A stretch of 64,000 bases of DNA from Octopus sinensis (lineage: Eukaryota), in assembly GCF_006345805.1 (NCBI RefSeq), contig NC_043001.1, forward strand, positions 128,774,001-128,838,000, in the 5' to 3' direction. Every line of letters starts with the position of its first letter. Within the stretch, counting starts at the first letter, position 1. Shown here in pieces: positions 37,187-49,200 of this stretch. The position numbers were made by a program, and so were the translations under genes. The notes under the pieces were generated by a model. The model was given only the letters and a program-made list of their open reading frames with translations, had not been told where the DNA came from and did not search any database.

Positions 37187-39770
37187 TTGTTGTGTGAATT
37201 TTATGAAACAAATCGTAAAATTAGGGAAAATTTGTTGGCCGGTTTGCTTGAGCTGCAAAAGCAGCAACAACAGCAACTGAAAGAACAACATCAGCAGCTA
37301 CAACTGCAAGAACAACAGTTGAAGCAACAACAACAAATTATATTACAGCAACAAATGCTGAAATTACTGAAATCATCAGGTAAGTCAGAAAAAGTGTTCT
37401 CGACGGACTATGTCACAAACTCCATAACAGAGTTCAAATATGAACCTGACAAAGGAGTTATCTTTGAAGCATACTACAGAAGATATGAACAAATCTTTGA
37501 GAAGGAATGTAAAGATTGGAATGACGAGATGAAAACACACTTAACCCTTTAGTGTTCGCATTATTCTGCCAAAATTAAAGCTTCTTCATCCACATTGTTT
37601 TGAACTAATCATGCATTATCTTGTAGCTATGAGATTTTGATGAGGTAACTGTTAATTTTAAAAACAATATTGTAGGGTTGGTGTGAGAGACCAGATCTGG
37701 CCAGTGTGAACATAAAACAGGCAGAATACTTTTGGCCAGATATGGCCGGTTTAAATGCTAAAGGGTTAATCTTGAGAAAACTGGTGGCAACAGGACATGA
37801 ACAATTCAATAATTATGTACTTCCAAGAAGACTTTCAGACATAAGCTTTAATGACACAATGGATATATTGTGTAAAATTTTCAGTGAAGAAAGATCATTG
37901 TTCAACACACGTTGGAAGTGTCTGTACATAGAGAAAAACAATGATGAGGACTACATCACATATGCTGTAGAGTTAACAGGGAATGCAAAATTAAGCTGGA
38001 CAAATTAATGCCACATATGTTTAAATGCCTGATTTTTACACAGAGGACTTACCGCCGAAAATGATGTAGAAGTTAAAACTAAAATTCTTGCAAAGCTGCA
38101 ACAAAGCCAGGATGTAACCCTACGGCAAGTGTCAGAAGAATGTAAAAGAATAGTCAAATTAAGACATGACACAGAGGAAGCTGAATGTAAAGATTGTTTC
38201 CGAGTAAAGCAAGTGCAAAATAGTCAGAATAGAAATAAAGCGTTTTCTAAAAGATAGAACAAAAGTCAGGAAATAAAGCCATGTTTTGCATGTGGGGGTA
38301 TACAAACGAGGAAAAATTGTCCATTTAAAAAAGCAGAGTGCTTTTGTTGTGGTAATATAGGGCATATAAAGATGCACTGTAGAACAAAGATGACAAAACG
38401 TCAGAACAAAGGAAAAAGAATAAATAGTATGTCATCAAAAGAAATTGGTACTATAATGATGAGGAAATTTGTGAAGGTGAAAATCAGAAATACAAGTGTC
38501 AAAATGTAGTTGGACACTTGTAGTAATATCACCATTTTAAACCATTGTAGTATCACCATTTTAAATGTAAAAACTAGGAAGTATGTTGGTAAGCTGAAAC
38601 TAATTAAATCAGAAAAAAGTAGTACATAGTGTTACAGAAAAAAGATTATATTTTTTCGGTGACTTCATATGTAATGTAACATTTCGAGGTCAAACAAAAA
38701 AGGCAAAGATATCATCATCATCATCATCATTTAGCGTCCGTTTTCCATGCTAGCATGGGTTGGACGGTTCGACCGGGGTCTGGGAAGCCAGGGGCTGCTC
38801 CAGGCTCCAGTCTGATCTGGTAGAGTTTCTACGGCTGGATGCCCTTCCTAACGCCAACCACTCCGCGAGTGTAGTGGGTGCTTTTTACGTGCCACCTGCA
38901 CAGGTGCCAGGGGGGGTCCGTCATCGGTCATGATCGGTTGGAGCTTTTAATGTGCCAGCGGCACGGAAGCCAGCCAAGGCGGCGCTGGCAACGTTTGGAT
39001 GGTCTTGTCATCGAAAGAAATTGGTACTATAATGATGAGGAAATTTGTGAAGGTGAAAATCAGAAATACAAGTGTCAAAATGTAGTTGGACACTTGTAGT
39101 AATATCACCATTTTAAACGTAAAAACTTGGAAATATGTTGGTAAGCTGAAACTAATTAAATCAGAAAAAGGTAGAACATAGAGTTACAGAAAAAAGATTA
39201 TATTTTTTCGGTGACTTCATATGTAATGTAACATTTCGAGGTCAAGCAAAAAAGGCAAAGATATCATCATCATCATCATCATCATCATCATTTAGCGTCC
39301 GTTTTCCATGCTAGCATGGGTTGGACGGTTCAACTGGGGTCTGTGGAGCCAGAAGGCTGCATCAGGCCCAGTCAGATCTGGCAGTGTTTCTACGGCTGGA
39401 TGCCCTTCCTAACGCCAACCACTCAGTGAGTGTAGTGGGTGCTTTTTACGTGCCACCTGCACAGGTGCCAGACGGAGCTGGCAAACGGCCACAAATGGAT
39501 GGTGCTTTTACGTGCCACCAGCATGGGGGCCAGCCAAGGCTGGCAACGGACACGAACGGATGGTGCTTTTAAAAAGATCACTTAATCTATTCAGTACAGA
39601 GTGGATGAAACTATTCAAAGCATGGAATATTCCCATAAGTGTTTTGTGTGGCAATATAGCTGGTTCAGTCAAAGGTTCAAATGTGGCTGAGGGACTGAAA
39701 CAAAAAAATCGCAGTAAAACAGAGTGGAACACCTGTATGTAAGCCAAAACGAAATGAAAAATTGCCTATT
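37187..39770 (+). pseudogene. Gypsy (Mag-like) gag-protease remnant
   Basis: SITEFKYEPDKGVIFEAYYRRYE, LILRKL...SLFNTRWKCL, zinc knuckles CFACG...CP and CFCCGNIGHIKMHC, protease-like VKM*LDTCS, NLFSTEWMKLF; interrupted by a MITE and two SINEs. Confidence 0.88.
37545..37765. mobile_element. piggyBac-type MITE in gag
   Basis: TTAA TSDs (37541-44, 37766-69), TIR CCCTTTAG / CTAAAGGG; excision restores K-T-H-L-I-L-R-K-L. Confidence 0.9.
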
Positions 39771-39774
39771 CCTC

Positions 39775-40180
39775 ACTCTTTTACTCTTTTACTTGTTTCA
39801 GTCATTTGACTGCGGCCATGCTGGAGCACCACCTTCAGTCGAGCAAATTGACCCCGGGACTTATTCTTTGTAAGCCCAGTACTTATTCTATCGGTCTCTT
39901 TTGCCGAACCACTAAGTGACGGGGACATAAACACACCAGCATCGGTTGTCAAGCAATGCTAGGGGGACAAACACACACACAAACATACATACACATATAT
40001 ATATATACATATATACGACGGGCTTCTTTCAGTTTCCGTCTACCAAATCTACTCACAAGGCATTGGTCGGCCCGAGGCTATAGCAGAAGACACTTGCCCA
40101 AGATGCCACGCAGTGGGACTGAACCCAGAACCATGTGGTTGGTTAGCAAGCTACTTACCACACAGCCACTCCTGCGCCTA
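39775..40180 (-). mobile_element. OR-type SINE, full length
   Basis: Reverse complement of the 1157 family. Confidence 0.9.
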
Positions 40181-40364
40181 CTAATGATTCTACCATTTCA
40201 CTTCCTTCTTTTGTCTTTTCAGAAGAGAAGGTAAAAAATACTTCACTAACAAAATGTGCAGCAATCTGTCTTTATTTGTCAGTTTGAGAACCAGCATCCT
40301 ACACCACATCACAAGATAAACCATAACTAACTAACTAAATAAATAAATATATAAACCTGTTTGA

Positions 40365-40713
40365 TCCTTTAGCATTCAGATTACTCAGTCAAATGTTATG
40401 TTTACTTGTTCACATTGTTTTTAATTAACCATGCATTATCTTGTAGCTTTGAGTTTTCAATGATGCGATTATAAGGTTGTCCCAAAAGTTCGTAAAAACT
40501 TTGCGAAAATTTGAATTTTTATGCAATTTTTAATTGTTTGTTTGGGTTTATATTGTTATAGTCAATTTTCGCAAGTGTTTACGAACTTTTGGGACAACCT
40601 AATATTTATAGAATGACATTGTAGGATAGGTATAAGAGGCCAGATCTGGCTGGTTTGAGCATAAAACAGGTGGAATATCCGAGCTAGATATGGTCGGCCT
40701 AAATGCTAACGGG
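40365..40713. mobile_element. TTAA-type MITE (37545 family) containing a nested MITE
   Basis: CCTTTAGCATTC...AAATGCTAACGGG|TTAA. Confidence 0.75.
40472..40602. mobile_element. Tc1/mariner-type MITE, 131 bp
   Basis: TIR AGGTTGTCCCAAAAGTTCGTAAA..TTGCGAAAATT / AATTTTCGCAAG..TTTACGAACTTTTGGGACAACCT; TA flanks. Confidence 0.85.
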
Positions 40714-41479
40714 TTAATTGATATGGAGTTATCTACCAACATACCCCAACCTCTGACCTACAGATGTGCTGTCTCCTCTTTGTTCTGCATCTGAAGTGGC
40801 CTCTGTTCCTCAGATTTAGTTGATCTTATATTATCACCACTCAGGCTCTTCAGCACATTTGTCTCTTTTCCTTTTTCTCTCACCCGTTTTATATCCATTC
40901 CTCATCAGGTCCCACACAAACCATTACAATCCATTCAGCCTTTCCCTTCCAGAAACATCAATCCTTTGAAATTCCCCTACTGTTGGTGTTTTTCCCTCCG
41001 GTCCATCAACTTTCAACTCTTCAAGAGCAACATTAATTGACTATTGCCAGCCAAATCTCATTGGTTTTTGAGGGTGTTTGAAGGACTAGGGGCACATCCC
41101 TTACCCAAGACAAAACTAATAAAAGGTAAAAAAAAAAAAAAGGACCCAGGAGACTCACTACCAGGGGCAAGGAGCACTATCATCACCAATAATACTGTTG
41201 CCTCTGTCACCACTGCCTCTACCTGATTGTTCTTCAGTTTAGAGACAGAGGTGAGGGAGAACACACATGCACGCATACACACATGCACACACAGATACAC
41301 TCTATCTCTGTCTCTCTCTCAGACACATGCATACATCTTGTCTTTAAAGAGGTGAAGTCAAAATGAGTCATCAAACCAACTTAGTAGCACCTGATACTAA
41401 CTATTTATGTAATATGATATTTTAACAACAACTTCCCAAATATTCTGTCCATCTCTCTGTCTGACTCTATTACATACTT

Positions 41480-41965
41480 GTGTGTGTGTGTGTGTGTGTA
41501 TGTGTGTGTGTGTGTATGTGTGTGTGTGTGTATGTGTGTGTGTGTGGAGAGAAATAGAGTAAGAGATGAGAAAAGAGAGTGGGAGAGGGGGGAGAGGAGG
41601 GGGGCTGGGAGAGATGCTGCATAACCAATAGCTAACTAATAAGATGGAGTGGAACGACCAAGAAGGTCGCTGTCGGATATTTTATCACTTGGTCATTGAG
41701 ATAAGGTAACCAAGGAACATGTGTGTGTGTGTGTGTGTGTGTATGTGTGTGTGTGTGTGTATGTGTGTGTGTGTGGAGAGAAATAGAGTAAGAGATGAGA
41801 AAAGAGAGTGGGAGAGGGGGGAGAGGAGGGGGGCTGGGAGAGATGCTGCATAACCAATAGCTAACTAATAAGATGGAGTGGAACGACCAAGAAGGTCGCT
41901 GTCGGATATTTTATCACTTGGTCATTGAGATAAGGTAACCAAGGAACATGTGTGTGTGTGTGTGT
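41480..41965. repeat. Direct tandem duplication, period 229 bp, bounded by (TG)n
   Basis: GGAGAGAAATAGAGTAAGAG at 41546 and 41775; unique portions identical. Confidence 0.9.
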
Positions 41966-42544
41966 GGGGGGTTGGGGGTAGATGGGTGGAAGGGGGGGGA
42001 CACAAATCGAAGGGGTGGGGAGGAGGGAACCGAAGAAGGCAGAGGAGGTCATGGGATGATGAGTGTGGTGATGATGGTGATGGTGATGTCGTATTTGCTG
42101 TTATTGTTGTTGTTGTTGTTGGTGGTGATGGTGTAGGTATCAGAAGGATTGGGTGGAATGACAGGCTTGTGTTGGCCTGCAGGGTGGGTGGTTGGTTGGA
42201 GGTTTAGTAAGAGGTGGTAGTGGTGGTGGTGGAGGACATGGTAATGATGATGACAGTGGTAGCAGTCGTAGTTAGAAATAGTAGTAGTAGCAGTGGTGGC
42301 GGTGGACTATGTAGACTGATGGTGGGGTAAGGTACTTGGTGGTGTTGGGGCGTGGTTATTGGTCAGCTGGTGGCGAGGGCAGCAGGAGTTCTTCATTATC
42401 TCTCATTCACTCTGTAACATATCTTTCATACATGATATACACATAGACATAAACACAAGTATAATTCTACACATACATACAACACACGGACACATACATT
42501 TACCTATTTATACACACACACATCTCCATTTCAGGTATGCATTG

Positions 42545-43225
42545 TACCCATATGCACAGGTGTGGCTGTGCAGTTAAGAAGCTTGATTGCTAACCATCTT
42601 GTCTCAGGTTCAATCCCACTGTGAGGCATCTTGAGCAAGAGTTTTCTAGTATAGCCCCAGAACAAACAAAGCTTTGTGAGTGGACTTAGTAGATGAAAAC
42701 TGGAAGAAGCCATCATATGTATGTATGTGTGTATGTATGTATGTATGTATGTATGTATGTATGTATGTATGTATGTATGTATGTATATATAGGTGTGTAT
42801 ATATGTATGTATAGGCGCAGGAGTGGCTGTGTGGTAAGTAGCTTGCTTACCAACCACATGCTTCCGGGTTCAGTCTCACTGCGTGGCATCTTGGGCAAGT
42901 GTCTTCTGCTATAGCCCCGGGCTGACCAATGCCTTGTGAGTGGATTTGGTAGACGGAAACTGAAAGAAGCCTGTCGTATATATGTATATATATATATATA
43001 TGTGTGTGTGTGTTTCTGTGTCTGTGTTTGTCCCCCTAGCATTGCTTGACAACCGATGCTGGTGTGTTTACGTCCCCGTCACTTAGCAGTTCGGCAAAAG
43101 AGACCGATAGAATAAGTACTGGGCTTACAAAGAATAAGTCCCGGGGTCAATTTGCTCGACTAAAGGCGGTGCTCCAGCATGGCCGCAGTCAAATGACTGA
43201 AACAAGTAAAAGAGTAAAAGAGTAA
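42545..43225 (+). mobile_element. Old OR-type SINE head (42545-42720) followed by a young full-length OR-type SINE (42813-43225)
   Basis: Family identity. Confidence 0.85.
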
Positions 43226-43954
43226 AGATTACATATATACTTAATTAGTCAATAAATTATATGAATTGGTATTATCTGTAAGTTGATGATTGAAAGGAAT
43301 CTGTTCCTCCATTTTCTTATTTGTATTATGATTTTGAAGTAAAACATTTTACCTTCGCCCATCTAATACAATAAATGAACTAATTGCATTGCAATTGTAA
43401 GCATTTATGTATTAGCCTTTTGGGTACTTCACTGGCAGTATATTGAATAACTGATATCCCATAGTGGGTTACACTCATAACCCCTATCTCACTTTGTACT
43501 ATATGTATGTACATCATCATCATCATCATTTAGCGTCCGCTTTCCATGCTAGCATGGGTTGGACGGTTCAACTGGGGCCTGTGAAGCCAGAAGGCTTCAT
43601 CAGGCCTAGTCTGATCTGGCAGTGTTTCTACGGCTGGATGCCCTTCCTAACGCCAACCACTCCGTGAGTGTAGTGGGTGCTTTTTATATATATATATATA
43701 TATACACACATATGAGTGTGTGTATGTATGCATGTATGTATATACAGGGTATAGTGAATAATTATTATTATTTGACTGCGGTTAAACTTTTGGTAGCCAC
43801 AACTTTTCCTGCTGACAAACTATTTATTTTTTTCTTGTTTACTCTTTACTCTTTACTCTTTTACTTGTTTCAGTCATTTGCTCGACTAAAGGCGGTGCTC
43901 CAGCATGGCCGCAGTCAAATAACTGAAACAAGTAAAAGAGTATAAAAGAGTTTA

Positions 43955-44253
43955 TCTTTATATATAAAACTAAAGTTGTGTGTCTGTCTCCTACGATTTA
44001 GATTCCTAACTACTCCCACATTTTGCGGTGCAGTTTAACCAAAACCGGGTATCTTATAGTCGTGATTCATATCAAGCCCTTCTGGGTATTAGCGCACGTC
44101 TACGATGAGTCTACGATTTAAAAAAAAATTTACCATAATTTTTTCCCATTTTTAATGCATTTTTTTGCTATTATATAAGGGAAGTAACTCTCTAAAAATG
44201 CTTATATAGTTATTTCCCTTACAAACCTGAGCAACGCCGGGCGATACTGCTAG
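43955..44253 (+). mobile_element. Non-autonomous Helitron, 299 bp
   Basis: 5' TC after A (43954), subterminal hairpin CCTGAGCAACGCCGGG, 3' CTAG followed by T; no TSD. Confidence 0.85.
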
Positions 44254-44826
44254 TTTGTAATATAATATTCAAAGGTCAAACCAAAAAAGTGAAGGTTTAT
44301 GTGTTGAGAAAATTTCAGGAATTTATTTGGCACCAAATGGATGAAGAAATTTAATTTATGGGATACACCCATAAGCACCTTGTGCAATAGCATAAATGGA
44401 GCAGTCAAACAACTGAAGAAGTCCAATGGACTGAAACAAAAAACAAGTGATGTGGAACGTTGTGTGTGAACTACCAGTAACTTTGGAAGAAATAAAAAGA
44501 AATGTGAGAAACGACAAATTTATTAATGAGACAAAAAGAAAACTGTGGTCGACAAAAGGAAATAAAGAAAGGTCTGTTGCAGAGAGCTGCCAAGATGTGA
44601 ACTCTAGATGTAATGGTGTACTAATGTACGCTCAAAGGATGGTCATACCACAGACATTACAGAACAAAATGCTAAAAGAGTTTTTCATGTGGGACACCCA
44701 GGCATCTCGGCATCTCTAGAATGAAAGCACTGATGCAATGTATTGTATACTGGCCAAGCATGGACAAGGAAGTTAAAAACCTGGTAAAAGGCTGCAGAGC
44801 ATGTGCGCTGGCAGTGAAATTACCTA
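44254..44826 (+). pseudogene. Second Gypsy fragment: protease C-terminus fused by deletion to the integrase zinc-binding region
   Basis: NLFGTKWM...LWDTPIS; LPVTLEEIK...; VIPQTLQNKML...RMKALMQCIVYWPSMDKEVKNLVKGCRAC. Confidence 0.85.
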
Positions 44827-44883
<57 letters not shown>

Positions 44884-44955
44884 TATTATTACTATTACTG
44901 TTGTTGATGTTGTTGTTATTATTATTATTATTCAGGTCAGTGAATAATGACGATG

Positions 44956-45001
<46 letters not shown>

Positions 45002-45762
45002 TTAAAATAATAACAATGGTAAAATACCTTAGGAATGAGAACTCAGGTTTGAAATTCCTCCAGGACACCTGATGAAGGCTGGAGAGTACATCAGCTGAAA
45101 TGGGTTAACAACAAACAAGAAGAGGACAAATATCTGTCAAATGTAAATAATGTAAATAACGTACATAATTCCTCATCTCCCAAATATAGAACTGTATTAG
45201 CTAGAAGATGATAGGGGTTTCCTCCCTTGCTTGCAATATGTATTGAGTGCAAAGTGCATTGATAACCACCAAGAAGAGGCTCCTGAGGTTAAAAATGGTA
45301 GCTACATCAGTCCCTACAGAACATCCATATTGATGTTCAATAGCTAGGGAGGCTCCAAAAGAGATCTCAGGGAGTAGCGTCCCTACCTTCTTGAGCTAGT
45401 TTTCCACCACATTTCTTAAAAATCATTGTAGAGGCCATGGTCTTGGGACCACTCATGTCTAGAAACTGAGACTGGGGGTAAGCAAGGGTATGCTCCCCAT
45501 AGAAAATCCAGCTCCAAAACGCCTCATGATAGCAAAGCAGAATGAGCACCAGCCAGCCAGCCCAAAGGTTGGGGTGGGCTGCACCTACCTACTTTGGTTG
45601 CTATGGCATTGAGCTAGATCCAGCCACCTCTTTTAACGGGGATAAAACCTGGATTTAAAACACTGGATGATGATAATGATGATGATGATGATTCATAATG
45701 AAGTTTGATAAACATTATTCTTAATAATATTTAATTATAAAAATATAATGGGATTTTTTTAA

Positions 45763-45982
45763 CCCTTTTGTTACTGTATTTCTGTTGAGATGCTCTGTGT
45801 TTCTTTCAATTACTTTAAATATGATAAAGAATTTAGTAAAATAACTTAGTTATCATTAAGCTAATGTTAGGAACATAAATTGTGACTAAGGATTGGTGGA
45901 AGATTTGAATTCAAAACTTATGGATACAAGACATTTGTACTCAGAGCCAGAGGCTGTTTCAACCGGGTTGGTATCGAAAGGG
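45763..45982. mobile_element. piggyBac-type MITE, 220 bp
   Basis: TTAA|CCCTTTTGTTAC ... GTATCGAAAGGG|TTAA; same TIR as 28147. Confidence 0.88.
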
Positions 45983-46367
45983 TTAAACATCTTATGTCTA
46001 TGGGGATCCAGTTGAGTAAAACAGAAAATGGTTGAGAACCACTACACTTGATACTCTATACTACCACCATTACTACAACACAATACCCCACTACCCTACA
46101 ATCACCTGATGGTAACCACAAGCACTAGTACCTGAACTAGATCTCCCCTTGTAAAATCTATCCCATGTCACCATCTGTCAACAAGACAAAACAAACCAAT
46201 AACATATAGGTGCAGGCGTAGCTGTGTGGCAAGAAGCTTGCTTCACAACCACATGGTTCTGGGTTCAGTCCCACTGTGTGAAACCATGGGCAAGTGTTTT
46301 CTACTGTAGCTCCAGGCCAACCAATGACTTGTGAATGGATTTGATAGATAGAAACTGAAAGAAGCCC

Positions 46368-46419
<52 letters not shown>

Positions 46420-46424
46420 ATATG

Positions 46425-46459
<35 letters not shown>

Positions 46460-46461
<2 letters not shown>

Positions 46462-46951
46462 TAGTCAATTTAGGGTAGCAAAAAAATTTCATAGAATTTA
46501 TCGCTACCAGCGGCCTGGTGGAAAAGAGAAAATAGTCATCGACTAAATATATAAATATAACAATTTAGGAGTGACCCTAACAGGTCACTCGTCCACCAGA
46601 AAGAGCAGCCATAACTCACACCGCCAAGTAGTAGTAATTCAGAAATAGGTGAAAATTTAAAACATTTACCCTAATTCATCTTTTAGACGTTGCAACGTTT
46701 CTGTGTCATTAATGATTAAATTAGCTTAATTAAATTAAATTAAGCTAATCTACCATAGGTTACACTTCATCAGTAAAAAACCTGGGAGAGACAAATATAC
46801 ACGAGGCGTCTGTATCGATGCCTACGGAATATCTGTCTTAAAATTTTCAAGACTGACGTATTCGCGCCAAACTTATCAGCAGTAAATATAAACTGCCGAT
46901 TCAATCTCAGAATTATTCAGAAAATTATCAATTAGTCAATTTAGGGTAGCA
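46460..46951 (-). mobile_element. Retrozyme/Penelope-LTR-like element, 471-bp unit plus 21-bp terminal redundancy
   Basis: ATTAGTCAATTTAGGGTAGCA at 46460 and 46931; several hairpins; carries a hammerhead motif; non-coding. Confidence 0.6.
46678..46781 (-). ncRNA. Type I hammerhead ribozyme
   Basis: Minus strand UUUUA-CUGAUGA-aGUGU...(long hairpin)...ACACa-GAAAC-guugcaac-GUC-UAAAA: stem I UUUUA/UAAAA, intact core, palindromic stem III ACGUUGCAACGU, GUC cleavage triplet; A.A mismatch at the base of stem II. Confidence 0.75.
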
Positions 46952-47642
46952 TGTATTTTTATATATCTGTGCTTGTCTTTGTGTTAGTGGTTTGTCTCCC
47001 ACCACCTCCACCACCACTACCACTTGACAACAGGTGTTGGTTTGTTTACATCCTCTGTCACTTAGTATTTCGGCAAAAGAGACCGATGGAATAAGTACCT
47101 GGCTTAAAAAAAGTACTGGAGTCAATTCATTTGACTAAAAGCTCTTCAAAATGGTGCTCCAGCATGGTCGCTGAAACAAGTAAAAAATGAAAGATAAACA
47201 AAAAAACACAGAGGAGCTTCTATGTGGTTGTCCACCATGCTAGAAATAGCAGCTAAGTCTTGCTTAATCCCATTCCACTGTCTTATTAAAGGATTTGATG
47301 GCTAATGAGACCCTGGGTCCCTTACACATAGGAAAAAAATTGGATGGTCATGATTGGATTGCTTTTATTTTTAATCCTAGGGCAGCTTGATTGATTTTCA
47401 CCTGTAGCTAAACAACAATGACCGTTACAAACCTACCAAACTATGAATATTACCAGCCATATCACTGGACCCTGTGATGACCACCTTTAATGATATCACA
47501 TACCACTGATACGACTGGACATCAATGGGGTCACTGGCAATATCTCTTACCCATACACCTCAGCATCTCACATGAAATATTATTGTTGTCACCACCATCG
47601 TCACTGCCACCACCACCACCACCACCACCACCACCACCACCA

Positions 47643-47790
47643 ATACCTATTTCTTTATTACCCACAAGGGGCTAAACACAGAGGGGACAAACAAGGACAG
47701 ACATAGGTATTAAGTCGATTACATCGACCCCAGTATGTAACTGGTACTTAATTTATCGACCCCGAAAGGATGAAAGGCAAAGTCGACCAC
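47643..47790 (-). mobile_element. 5'-truncated OK-type SINE
   Basis: TACCTATTTCTTTATTACCCACAAGGGG...AAAGTCGACC. Confidence 0.85.
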
Positions 47791-49200
47791 CACCAATACC
47801 ACCACCACTACCACCACCACCACCACCGCTGCTGCTGCCACCAGTGCCATTCACTACTATCGCCACCAGTGTCATCCACCACCACCACCACCACCACTAC
47901 CACCACTACTACTGCGATCATCACTACCACCACCACTGCCACTCCTGCCACCACTGCATACCATCACTATCACCATCAACAAAGCAAGTATAGCCAAACA
48001 CTACCGTCATCACTGCCAATATCACAGTTATGCACTTTCAGTGTCATTGTTGACATCATTACTACTGCTGCCACCAAAACCACCACCACCACCACCACAT
48101 GTCATCATCACTAATCTTTTGTTACACGCTTCTATTACCACCACCACCACCACCATTACCATCACCACCACCACCACTATCACCACCACTGTCACCACCA
48201 CCACCATTACCAACACCACCACCACCACTATCACCACCACCACCACCACCACTGTCAATATCACCACCATCACTGCTGCCACAATCACCCTCCCCCTCCA
48301 CCAGCACTACCACTACCACCATCACCATTGTCACCATCACCATCACCGCTGCCTACAATCACCACCACCACTACCACCACCATCACCACCACCACCACCA
48401 CCACCACCACCACCACTGTCAACATCACCACCATCACCATTGTCACCATCACCATCACCACTACCACCACCACCACCACCACCACTGTCAACATCACCAC
48501 CATCACCATTGTCACCATCACCATCACCGCTGCCTACAATCACCACCACCACTACCACCACCACCACCACCACCACTGTCAACATCACCACCATCACCAT
48601 TGTCACCATCACCATCACCGCTGCCACAATCACCACCACCACAACCACCATCGCCGCTGCCACCCATAAATCGTTTGTCACACACTTCCATCACCAAAAT
48701 CAACAGAACCCACACCATCTATGCCACTAAATCACCCTACATCACCATCACAAACCTACACCAGATAACCATTACATCATCATCATCATCATCGTCACAA
48801 TGCTAAACACCACCACACAACCAACAATTTTTTGCACTCACTTTTACTGTTGCTGCTGTCACCTCACCCCCACCCTAACCCCACGCCACCCCCGTGGTCC
48901 CCCCACCCGCCATCATCGCTACCACTGCTACCATGAAGACAATGAAGATGACGATGATGACGACGCCGATGACGACCACCACCACGACCACCACTACCAC
49001 CACGACCACCACCACTACTACAACCACGACGACGACGACCACCACCACCACCACTACCATCACCACCACGAACACCACCACGACTACCATCGCCACCACT
49101 ACGACCACCACCACGACCACCACGACCACCACGACCACCACCACCACTACCATCACCACCACCACCACCACGATCACCACCACCATATTGCAGGGCCAAT
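47790..49200. repeat. (ACC/ATC/ACG)n low-complexity array with local higher-order repeats
   Basis: Directly visible; ACTGTCAACATCACCACCATCACCATTGTCACC block repeated about three times. Confidence 0.92.

Larger units (their letters stand above)
46207..47190 (+). mobile_element. Diverged OR-type SINE split by an insertion in its central microsatellite
   Basis: Head 46207-46370; body and tail 46952-47190. Confidence 0.75.

Noticed and set aside
37187-37552. PolyQ host protein
   Set aside because: It follows an LTR/PBS and is continuous with Gypsy gag motifs after removing the TTAA MITE.
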